Shown: positions 8,641-16,517 of the stretch, in pieces
Layout: every line of letters begins with the position of its first letter
Position numbering within the stretch: position 1 is the stretch's first letter
Assembly (NCBI RefSeq): GCF_021044775.1
Contig: NZ_JAJNOQ010000014.1
Location: 13,673-45,672, forward strand
Source: Paraeggerthella hominis
GTDB lineage: Bacteria; Actinomycetota; Coriobacteriia; Coriobacteriales; Eggerthellaceae
DNA length: 32,000 bases
Direction: 5' to 3'
Position numbers and translations under genes: made by a program
The notes under the pieces: model-generated
The model's input: the letters and a program-made list of their open reading frames with translations, nothing else
Database searches by the model: none
Told to the model about the DNA's origin: nothing

Positions 8641-8720
8641 AGTGCGCAAAGTATTATATCGCAATATTGCGGAAGTGCGCAAAGTACGACATAGCCAAAT
8701 TTGCGGCAGTGCGCAGGGTG
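8641..8720. repeat. Three direct repeats with core AGTGCGCA(A/G)(A/G)GT(A/G), spaced 33-34 bp
   Basis: AGTGCGCAAAGTA at 8641-8653 and 8674-8686; AGTGCGCAGGGTG at 8708-8720. Units 2 and 3 share an extended AA..TTGCGG.AGTGCGCA. Confidence 0.75.
8653..8682 (-). promoter_or_regulatory. Sigma-70-like promoter of the ATPase gene (TTGCGC-18-TATAAT on the minus strand)
   Basis: Perfect TATAAT (plus strand attata, 8653-8658). TTGCGC at 8677-8682. It lies 44 nt upstream of the ATG at 8609. Confidence 0.5.
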
Positions 8721-8725
8721 TGCCA

Positions 8726-8771
8726 AACGCAAAAGGCCGTAGCCTGGCGCTTGCGCGCTGGGCCACGGCCT
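8726..8771 (-). terminator. Terminator of the adhesin gene
   Basis: Long imperfect GC hairpin AGGCCGTAGCCTGGCGC/GCGCTGGGCCACGGCCT. On the minus strand it is followed by TTTTGCGTTTGG. Confidence 0.55.
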
Positions 8772-8902
8772 CATTGTTTGACTAGCGCAAGGCTAGTCGA
8801 TGCCTAACTCCCGTTCTTGCTGGGAGACAGCACCCGATACTTTGCAGCAGCAGAAAGCCAAAAGCATCGAAAGAGATATCAAAACGCCAGCTATGAAGAG
8901 AA

Positions 8903-11900
8903 TCATTCCTCATCCTCCCCTAGTTCTTCAGCGCTATGAGCACGTTTACGCTTCAGAGCATAAATACCGCTCCCAAGAGCAGTAGATCCAGCCAAAGCAG
9001 CCATCATCACGAGCAATGCTGGGAAGGTATCGCCAGTCTTTGGCGGCTTGGAAGGATTCCCTGGATTTCCAGGAGTATCCGGCGTTGCCTTATCCTTCAT
9101 TTCAACCTTCTGGATATCACCCGTAGCCTCGACGGTGAATCGCACGTCTTCTGCTACCTCGTAGCCTTCAGGCGCGGTGGTTTCGCGCAGAGTGTAATCA
9201 CCTGGCTCCAAGCCATTGATACGATGCACTTCGCCGTTAGTTACCCATTCGGCAATAACCTTGTCGTTCGTATCGATGATCTGAAGATGCGCGCCAGGCA
9301 ATTCCTCACCCGTAGCGACATCAGCCTTCGAGATATCTACCTTAGTGTAATCGTCCTTCATTTCAACAGCCTGCACTTCACCGGTTTCCTCGACCGTGAA
9401 GTCGATTGAGTTGGTAACCATGTAACCTTCAGGAGCAATGGTCTCGGTCAAGGTGTAGTCACCAGGCTCAATGCCGATGATGCGATGAGCCTCTTCGGTG
9501 GATACCCATTCCTCGATGATGTTGCCGTCCTTGTCAGTCACTACAAGCGTAGCGCCTGGAAGTTCGGCACCTGTGGTCAGGTCAACCTTCGTAATATCGA
9601 GAATTGTTGGCGTGTTTTCGAAAGTAAGCTCAAGCGTATCGCTGAACTGAGCACCTTCAACATCCAATCCAATGAAGCCCTGGTCGTCTACCTTAAACGC
9701 TACAGGTTCGGTACCTTCTGGTACGAAGTAGCCCTCAGGAGCATCGGTTTCTTCAATCATGTACTTGCCATGAGGCAGGTAAGACACGTCGGCCGTGCCG
9801 TCAGCACCCGTGGTTACATCAGTTTCATAAGCCACAGAGAAGCCTGGATCGATGTCGTCAACAACTGCGCCTTCGACTACCTGCCAGATATGGAAGGTAG
9901 CGCCTTCCAGGGCCTTCGATGCATCAGTGCTATCAACCTTCAAAAGCTTACACGTGGTAGGCATATCAACCGCATCAAGTGCTTCGACAACGATTGGCAC
10001 CAACTGGCCCTGACTTACGATATTCAAGTGATGCTCTTCGGTATCGAGTGCCCAGCCCTCAGGACTCTTAGTTTCGTATGCCACATAGTTGCCAAGATAG
10101 AGGCCTTCGATGGAAGCCTTGCCTTCCTTATCAGTGGTTACATAGCCCACGATCTCGCCATCAGCAAAGCGAACGGTGCCGTCACCAGTTACGACGTTAC
10201 CTTCGGCCTTGATGCAGTATTCAGCGCCTTCAACTGGAAGCGTGGTAACGCCATCGGTCTTTACAAGCTGAATCTCAGCACGAATTGGCGCATCAGCATA
10301 AGTGATGGTGATTGGATCGTCCCACGTGCGGTATTCGTCAACCGTAAACTCGATATCCTCATCACCCAATACATAGCCTTCAGGTGCCTGAACCTCATGC
10401 AAATAGTACGTGCCCTCATCGAGCTTCATAGGAAGCGTGCACTTGCCGGTAGAGAGCGTCGTCCATGTATCGATTACCTTATCTGCGTAATGGTCGGTAT
10501 AGGTAACAAGGTTGCCGTCTGCATCCAACAGTTGGAAGGAGCATGGCAGCGGAATGGTCTTGCCCGTAGTGGAGTCAACCTTCTGAATAGTCAAAGGTGT
10601 CTGCGGGATATGGTTTGCAACGATCTGAACCAAATCATACTGCTGCTCATCAGAGATGGTGATTTTCCAATCATCTACGCCAATGAGCTTGATGCCATAG
10701 GTATCCTTGATGTGTTGCGCAACACTGTCGGGAATCACTTCATGCACGGTGTAGTTGCCGTAAGCAAGAGCTCCCGTCCAACCGCTTTGGCGATGATCCT
10801 TCGTGGTTGCAAAGCCGTTTTCGTCGGTAGTGATGGTGGTTACCACATCACCTGGCTGCACCAGCGCACCCGTATCAGGAGATACGACAGCCTCAGCATT
10901 GTCATTGATGATCTGGAACTGGACGCCTTCGATTGCGATGCGCGTAAGCTCCTGATCTTCCTCATCATTGTTGGTGGGAACTTCCTTCATCAAGCGATAG
11001 TCGCCACGCTCGACGGTATCAGGTGCAGTTGGCGAATTGTACGTGTAAACGCTTTCGCCCTTAGCGCCGCTATCGGTGATCTGAACGACAAAGGTTTTAG
11101 GAGTGCCGTGGTTGCCATCATCGAGGTTGTAGCCTTCAGGGGCCTTGGTCTCGGTGATGAGCGCGGTACCCAAAGGAAGGCATGCCGTGGTGCCGTTCTG
11201 CTGGTGGTAAAGGTCTCCGCCAGACACCTTATACTCGTCTGCATAGTAAGCAAAACCATCCTCGTCAGTTGCGAAGACCCATGTGTTGCTTGCGTTACCT
11301 GATGCACGAGCAGCGTCTGCGCTTGAATAGAAGCCATCGAAATATTCGACAGTGAACTCAGCGTTAACGAGCTTTGCCGCACCTTCTGGCTTGTTTGCAT
11401 TGGTGGTTGCGTTTACCTTACCCACCAACATGCCAACAGGGTCAGAATGAGGCGTGTCGTAAACAATGCCGCCATTTACAGGCGTAGTCTCGTCGCTCTT
11501 AACAGTAACGGTATAGATAGTGTCATCCAGGTCCATACCTTCAGAAGGCTCACGTTCCTGAACATAGTACGTAGCAGGTTCGAGCTCATCCGCCTTTGCA
11601 TAACCGTTCTTATCGGTAGTAAGAGTCTTCTTCAGATTCTTGCAAGCAGAATCGGTGTAGACGCCATAAACGGCACCTTCCAGCGAATAGCAATCGTTGT
11701 TCTTGCTTACGTTTTCGTTGGAAGACTTCTTGATCAGATCAAGTGCACCGTAGGGCGTGTACTTAAAAGACAAGATAAGCTGCGTGCCTTCGCCGGTATA
11801 GAGCATGTAAGCGTCGAAGTTGTTAGGGACTTCACCCATACGTGCAGCGATCTGACGACCAGTAGCATTGCCATTGATCATCGAACCATCCGAACCAAAG

Positions 11901-12403
11901 CCAATGACATTCTTGCGCACCCAGCTACTGAAGTCTTCAGAGCAGCCATAGAGCGCATAATCGCCATTGCTTGAGAAGGTATCGGACAGCAGGATATGAG
12001 CCAATGCGGCATAGCGTGCGCTTGTCATCTCGCCACCGTCAAACCACGTACTTGGCCACATGGACTTATCGAATCCTGGGCTGCCGTAGCTAAACCATAA
12101 GTCAGCAACCGTCTCAGCACTGCGCCCACTTGATGCATTAACCGCATGCTTGGTGTAGTTGCCGCTTGAAGGTGTTGCGGCAGACGGATTGCCACAATAA
12201 GCCATCTCGCCATCAGCATGCATCCAACTTGTCATATAGCCGCCGTAATAGATTGCGCCACCAATCTCAAGATCAGCGCTATCGGCTGCATAGGCATCCT
12301 TGATAGGCGACGCCAAACCCGTTGCAACCGTGCTCAGGACAAGGACGAGCGCTAGGAAAGCGCGCAGGAACCTGCCCTGCGCGCCGGATTGAATCTTCTC
12401 CAT
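8903..12403 (-). CDS. Wall-anchored surface adhesin with many Cna-B/SpaA-type (VaFE-like) repeats; signal peptide and LPXTG-like sorting signal
   Basis: N-terminal signal FLALVLVLSTVATGLASPIKDAYA. It contains repeated ...G(A/T)..(F/L)........APEGY......(F/V)TV... modules. C-terminal PPKTGD is followed by a hydrophobic stretch and KRKR. Confidence 0.9.
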   Translation of the reverse strand: MEKIQSGAQGRFLRAFLALVLVLSTVATGLASPIKDAYAADSADLEIGGAIYYGGYMTSWMHADGEMAYCGNPSAATPSSGNYTKHAVNASSGRSAETVADLWFSYGSPGFDKSMWPSTWFDGGEMTSARYAALAHILLSDTFSSNGDYALYGCSEDFSSWVRKNVIGFGSDGSMINGNATGRQIAARMGEVPNNFDAYMLYTGEGTQLILSFKYTPYGALDLIKKSSNENVSKNNDCYSLEGAVYGVYTDSACKNLKKTLTTDKNGYAKADELEPATYYVQEREPSEGMDLDDTIYTVTVKSDETTPVNGGIVYDTPHSDPVGMLVGKVNATTNANKPEGAAKLVNAEFTVEYFDGFYSSADAARASGNASNTWVFATDEDGFAYYADEYKVSGGDLYHQQNGTTACLPLGTALITETKAPEGYNLDDGNHGTPKTFVVQITDSGAKGESVYTYNSPTAPDTVERGDYRLMKEVPTNNDEEDQELTRIAIEGVQFQIINDNAEAVVSPDTGALVQPGDVVTTITTDENGFATTKDHRQSGWTGALAYGNYTVHEVIPDSVAQHIKDTYGIKLIGVDDWKITISDEQQYDLVQIVANHIPQTPLTIQKVDSTTGKTIPLPCSFQLLDADGNLVTYTDHYADKVIDTWTTLSTGKCTLPMKLDEGTYYLHEVQAPEGYVLGDEDIEFTVDEYRTWDDPITITYADAPIRAEIQLVKTDGVTTLPVEGAEYCIKAEGNVVTGDGTVRFADGEIVGYVTTDKEGKASIEGLYLGNYVAYETKSPEGWALDTEEHHLNIVSQGQLVPIVVEALDAVDMPTTCKLLKVDSTDASKALEGATFHIWQVVEGAVVDDIDPGFSVAYETDVTTGADGTADVSYLPHGKYMIEETDAPEGYFVPEGTEPVAFKVDDQGFIGLDVEGAQFSDTLELTFENTPTILDITKVDLTTGAELPGATLVVTDKDGNIIEEWVSTEEAHRIIGIEPGDYTLTETIAPEGYMVTNSIDFTVEETGEVQAVEMKDDYTKVDISKADVATGEELPGAHLQIIDTNDKVIAEWVTNGEVHRINGLEPGDYTLRETTAPEGYEVAEDVRFTVEATGDIQKVEMKDKATPDTPGNPGNPSKPPKTGDTFPALLVMMAALAGSTALGSGIYALKRKRAHSAEELGEDEE

Positions 12404-12409
12404 TTTCGC

Positions 12410-12889
12410 CTACTCTCGATCCTTGGGACGAGCCTCATGGCCGCCCTTCGCCTGGGCCTGGGAGCCTTCCCGCGCAGTGTTCGCCCTTTCGTCGAGCGAA
12501 ACGCCGTGCTCCTGCAAGTAACGGCTGCGGGCCTGCGCCATCGCCTCCTTGATCTCGGCTGGCATCACCTTCACGGTATCCTTCTCCGGCTTTCCGCTCT
12601 CGTCGAGCACGGGCTGCCCTTCCTCATCCAAAACCGTGCGCTTGAGCCAAACCTCGCGCTCGGTGAGCAGCGGCACGTCGCGGTAGTTCTCGCCGCGATA
12701 GCGAGACTCGTTCACGAACAACGGGCTGAACTGGTATCCGCCCATGTCGACGCCGTTGATGATGGTGCCCTTCGGCAGGGTTACCTGGTTAAAGGTCTTG
12801 GCCTCGCCAGTCTCCCTGTCTGCATATTCGATATCGGTCCTGACAAAGTTCTTATGGAAGGTCAGATAGGTGTTTTTCTTCTCGGTCAT
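12410..12889 (-). CDS. Conserved-looking hypothetical protein, first gene of the adhesin sub-operon
   Basis: AAGGAG RBS, ATG at 12889. Backbone G+C. It ends 6 nt before the adhesin start. No family recognised. Confidence 0.65.
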   Translation of the reverse strand: MTEKKNTYLTFHKNFVRTDIEYADRETGEAKTFNQVTLPKGTIINGVDMGGYQFSPLFVNESRYRGENYRDVPLLTEREVWLKRTVLDEEGQPVLDESGKPEKDTVKVMPAEIKEAMAQARSRYLQEHGVSLDERANTAREGSQAQAKGGHEARPKDRE

Positions 12890-13007
12890 AGTCTTTCAAC
12901 TCCTTCTTTGTTGGTATGTGAGCGCAGGATTCCAGCGCTTCTGGAATGAACCGAAAACGTGTATTAGGGCGGCATGGCGCCTCCCCTCTTTATTGGGTTG
13001 TTTGAAG

Positions 13008-13024
13008 TGGGACACGATGTCCCA
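13008..13024. promoter_or_regulatory. Palindromic operator-like site, copy 2 (TGGGACA-CGA-TGTCCCA)
   Basis: It lies in the intergenic gap between the VirB6-like stop (13038) and the 12889 start. A 7-bp IR, ATTCCAG/CTGGAAT, at 12929-12947 lies in the same leader. Confidence 0.55.
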
Positions 13025-13037
13025 GGAATAGGCTTTT

Positions 13038-14042
13038 TTACCCGCCGACGATGTCGCGTGCCCAGCTGCCGCTCTTAACGAGCGAGAGTATGAGCAAGAT
13101 GCACATGGCGAGGTATTGGAGCGCGTAGGTAAGGCCGTTTGCAATCGAGTCAATGGGCGTTCCTGTGCTCGGGTTCGCCGCGTTGAGGCCGCCGAGGATA
13201 ATCGGGAAGGAAATGAGCAGCACCAAGATGATGATGCCCGCCAAGCACACAGCCACGAAATTCTTAATGTAGCCGATGCCAATCTGGCGCGTGTCCTCGG
13301 TTCCCATCAAAGCTAATGGAATTGGCGAGAAGGCGGCCATCAGATAGAGCTGGATCGCTCGCGCCCAGGAAACGACCAAGGCCACGATATAGGCGACCAG
13401 CACGACGACCCAACTTATAAGTGCCACGATGAGCATCGCCACAAGCGAGGCAACATCATCGTCGGTTGTCACAATCGACACTGCGTTCAAGTCGATTGCC
13501 CCGCCTGTGCCGAGCATATCGATGATACGTTCGATGGCAAGCTTGCTCACCGAATAGATTGCCGACATGATCTCGAAGCTGTTCTGGATGAGAAATAGGA
13601 ACACTGCAAAGAACACCAGCAGGAACACTACTTCCTTAACGCCTGGCAAACTCGCATTACCATCCATGCGCTGCGATATCTGAATGAGCTTGATGGTGAA
13701 CACGAACGAGAGCACGCCGCAGCCGATTGGAAGTATCGCTACCTGCCAGACGCCGTGCACGAGCGAATACATCGTCGTGTTGCCCGCCGACCCTAGCATT
13801 GAATCGAATCCCGCAGCCAAGATGCCGTCGTAGCCTATGGACTTGAGCATGTTGATCTGGTTGCTGAAGATCCAGTTGCAGCAATCGCGCAGCACGCCGC
13901 AAAGCCATTTGTTGATGTCGTCAGCGATTGCCGCGAAGGCGAAGTTTGGGAAGAGCATCAATGAGCTCAGCACCAGGAAGGTGGCTGCAAACGCCAAGGC
14001 GAACCTCCGGCTGCGACCCACGTTACCGATTGTTTCTATCAT
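13038..14042 (-). CDS. Polytopic membrane protein, VirB6/TrbL-like T4SS channel component
   Basis: Multiple long hydrophobic segments. The position between the hydrolase module and the adhesin is typical of Gram-positive T4SS loci. Confidence 0.65.
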   Translation of the reverse strand: MIETIGNVGRSRRFALAFAATFLVLSSLMLFPNFAFAAIADDINKWLCGVLRDCCNWIFSNQINMLKSIGYDGILAAGFDSMLGSAGNTTMYSLVHGVWQVAILPIGCGVLSFVFTIKLIQISQRMDGNASLPGVKEVVFLLVFFAVFLFLIQNSFEIMSAIYSVSKLAIERIIDMLGTGGAIDLNAVSIVTTDDDVASLVAMLIVALISWVVVLVAYIVALVVSWARAIQLYLMAAFSPIPLALMGTEDTRQIGIGYIKNFVAVCLAGIIILVLLISFPIILGGLNAANPSTGTPIDSIANGLTYALQYLAMCILLILSLVKSGSWARDIVGG

Positions 14043-14046
14043 TCAC

Positions 14047-14802
14047 TCACCCCACAACCGTGAACGTCGCAGGACCGCGTGCGTATTCTACGGTAAGCAC
14101 CGTTGCCGCCGCATCATCGCACGTGAAGTTAGCCGTCACGATATGCTGCGCGTAATCTACAACGAGGGTGTTGGCCCAAGTTGCTTTATGCGCAGTAGGT
14201 GCGCACGTGTGTGCATAATCGCTTATTGCCGCTTGAATACCATCGGTGTTTCCGCCAAGCAGCTCCCTGAATTCATCGTTGATGCCAACGATTTCCAAAG
14301 GCTGCACGTTGATGCTTCCCTGCGAGTAACTCTTTGCCAGTTGGAAGTCATCGGATGTCACGACATATGAACCATCGTCGCTCTGCCTTAAGAGGATCAT
14401 TGAATCCTTCACGGTGCCGTTCTCTTGGTCGAGCTTGAGCATGATGGTCGTCTGTTTGCCCTGCTTAGATACCGAATTGATATCGAAGGTGGAAAGCTTT
14501 ACCGCAGTGCCATCGCTTTCGACATAGCGTCCATCCTTGAAGGTTATGGACGTCTGGCCGTTTTCCGCAGTCCAGGCGTTGCCCTTCAGCACCTCAAGCG
14601 AATCGGCTTCGCCCGCGGGCAGCTCCTGCTCTTGCGTGCTTTGGTCTGACTGGTTAGCCGCTCCTTCCTCGATAGCCGCAGAGTCAGCCTGCTCCTGCGG
14701 GGGTATCTGATGCACTAACGTGCAGCGCACCACCGTTGATGCAACTAAGATGAGCATTGCCCCGACAGCCAGGGCAAGCAGCACCTTCGTTTTGTTTGTC
14801 AT
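14047..14802 (-). CDS. Membrane-anchored extracytoplasmic T4SS-associated protein (function unknown; possible VirB8/TcpC-type analogue)
   Basis: GGAGA RBS, ATG at 14802. N-terminal TM segment VLLALAVGAMLILVASTVV. It is tightly packed in the T4SS operon. Confidence 0.6.
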   Translation of the reverse strand: MTNKTKVLLALAVGAMLILVASTVVRCTLVHQIPPQEQADSAAIEEGAANQSDQSTQEQELPAGEADSLEVLKGNAWTAENGQTSITFKDGRYVESDGTAVKLSTFDINSVSKQGKQTTIMLKLDQENGTVKDSMILLRQSDDGSYVVTSDDFQLAKSYSQGSINVQPLEIVGINDEFRELLGGNTDGIQAAISDYAHTCAPTAHKATWANTLVVDYAQHIVTANFTCDDAAATVLTVEYARGPATFTVVG

Positions 14803-14838
14803 ATATTCTCTCCTTTCCAACCTGCGCAAATGAACTCT

Positions 14839-16515
14839 TTACCTAAAAGAGAGGGCGCAAGTGAAATAGTTGATGCCAGTTGCCAAGGTGCACACGGCCC
14901 CGGTATGCGGCTCGTGGATATATTGGTCGCCTCCCACGTAGATTGCGACGTGCCCAGGCTTGTACAGAATGTCGCCTGGTTGCGCCTCGCTCAGAAGCTT
15001 CGGCGTACCCATGGCGTACTGGTCTTCGGTGTAATGAGGGATGCTAATTCCAACCGTGCTGTAGCAATACATCGTCAGCCCAGAGCAATCGAGCCCCACG
15101 CCAGGAGTCTCACCGCCCCAAACGTAAGGAACTCCAAGCTGCGAGTAAGCTGCCTGAACAATTGCGTCTCCATTGGCAGCCATCGACTCATATTGCTCGA
15201 CCGTCATGCCATCGAAGCGATAGAGGTTGTAGGTCTTCATGATCGACTGAAGCGTCTGAACGTACTCGCTACTCGTGGCATAACCGGCATCTTTCAAGCC
15301 TTCGGCCATCTTGTCGGAATCATGCTTCTCCATAGCCTCTTTGATAAGCGCGTTTTGCGAATAGCGGCTGTTTTGCAAAAAGACGCGGCTTCGGAAGATG
15401 ATGCAATCTTTATGGGACTTGAAGCTGGTGAACTCATCCATGATGGTCACATGCTGGCCGTTATACTCTTCGCCAGTTTGCCAACTCGAATGCCCCGTCA
15501 CTTCTTCAGCCAAGCCGTAGCTCGATGCCCATTTGATTCCAAAGAGGTTGTTATCCTGCGTGGCCAGGCCGCTCAAGTGATCGCCCACGCCAGACTCGCA
15601 GATAATTTGTGCGATAGTGCAGCCAGCAGGGTGCCCGTATTTCTCCTGACACTCTAGGGCCGTAACCACCATTTCTTGCGTGATATACGGTGGAAGCCCT
15701 GCAAGGCTTTGCTTGCTCGCCTCGTTTTCCCAGAAGCCGAAAAGCGCGCTGATAAGCTGTGATACCACCATCATTGCAAGCACGAATGCGAGGATGCCAG
15801 CCAATACACCTGCCAGCGGAGCGAGCGCTGACGAGGCAATAGCCGCGATGGTCTTGCCGCCCTCGGCTTTCGCCACAGTTGCCGCACCCGTCTCGGCGGC
15901 CTTGGCCTGGGCAGCATGGGCCTTGAGCCATGTCCTGCGCGATTGCATCTTCGCGTTGGCCTCGGCGGCTTTCACCTTCGAGACTCCCGCAGCGTTTCCC
16001 TTTGCCTTTGCTGCGGCAGCCGAATTGCTGGGACACGATGTCCCAGCAATTTGAGCCTTCTTGGCATCTCCGGCAGATTTAGCCGCTGAAATCTCAGCGC
16101 GACGCCGCCTCAGCGAGGAAGCATCGCTTGCGGCTGAATAAACATCTGATGCACCTTGCGTTTCATCAGCCTCGTCCATCTCGGCAGCGGCCACCGCCCC
16201 GATCTTCAGCCTCATGTTCCTATGGGATTGCATCGCCGTTGCAGCCTGTGAAGCGATATTGCCTGCCGCTTGGTCTCCCGCATCCGCATCCGACCCAGCA
16301 CCAGAACGCAATGTTTTGCTAGCTGCGCTCTTGAGGACCTTCGAAGATCGATTGCCATCCGACAAGACCGATTTAGCGGTGTCGCCCGTCTGCTTCACCA
16401 GACCAGCGCTAACCGCATCGGTCTTGCCGACCTTGGCAACGCTTTCCACCGAATCGCTTGTCCGTGCGAACTCTGAGGTCTTCGCCGCACTGGAATGCTT
16501 CGCGATATCCTCCAT
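14839..16515 (-). CDS. CwlT-like bifunctional cell-wall hydrolase (glucosaminidase/muramidase-like plus NlpC/P60) with a long Ala/Ser/Lys-rich N-terminal region and a TM segment
   Basis: AQIICESGVG...NNLFGIK (FlgJ/glucosaminidase-like). GVPYVWGGE...GLDCSGL...GHVAIYVG...H (NlpC/P60 Cys-His). TM segment LAGVLAGILAFVLAMMVV. Confidence 0.85.
   Translation of the reverse strand: MEDIAKHSSAAKTSEFARTSDSVESVAKVGKTDAVSAGLVKQTGDTAKSVLSDGNRSSKVLKSAASKTLRSGAGSDADAGDQAAGNIASQAATAMQSHRNMRLKIGAVAAAEMDEADETQGASDVYSAASDASSLRRRRAEISAAKSAGDAKKAQIAGTSCPSNSAAAAKAKGNAAGVSKVKAAEANAKMQSRRTWLKAHAAQAKAAETGAATVAKAEGGKTIAAIASSALAPLAGVLAGILAFVLAMMVVSQLISALFGFWENEASKQSLAGLPPYITQEMVVTALECQEKYGHPAGCTIAQIICESGVGDHLSGLATQDNNLFGIKWASSYGLAEEVTGHSSWQTGEEYNGQHVTIMDEFTSFKSHKDCIIFRSRVFLQNSRYSQNALIKEAMEKHDSDKMAEGLKDAGYATSSEYVQTLQSIMKTYNLYRFDGMTVEQYESMAANGDAIVQAAYSQLGVPYVWGGETPGVGLDCSGLTMYCYSTVGISIPHYTEDQYAMGTPKLLSEAQPGDILYKPGHVAIYVGGDQYIHEPHTGAVCTLATGINYFTCALSFR
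16023..16051. promoter_or_regulatory. Palindromic operator-like site, copy 3, with 13-bp perfect arms, inside the hydrolase coding sequence
   Basis: AATTGCTGGGACA-CGA-TGTCCCAGCAATT. It encodes IAGTSCPSNS in the low-complexity N-terminal region. Confidence 0.5.
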
Positions 16516-16517
16516 GG

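Noticed and set aside
8641-8720. AGTGCGC cores resembling the MOBQ-type nic-region consensus (AAGTGCGCCCT), considered as an oriT.
   Set aside because: The match covers only 7 nt and lacks the CCCT continuation and an adjacent inverted repeat. The repeats are phased around a clear promoter of the ATPase gene, in foreign low-G+C cargo far from the relaxase.
9485-11302. 605-aa plus-strand ORF antisense to the adhesin gene. There are similar long antisense or alternate-frame ORFs at 16815..18407, 1588..2511, 14830..15657, 21099..21980, 24621..25463, 25533..26384, 27176..27787, 28128..29033, 28781..29710 and 29720..30466.
   Set aside because: These are shadow ORFs opposite, or out of frame with, genes that carry clear family motifs. 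Their products are Arg/Ala/Leu-rich low-information sequences with no RBS. This is expected in GC-rich DNA, where stop codons are rare.
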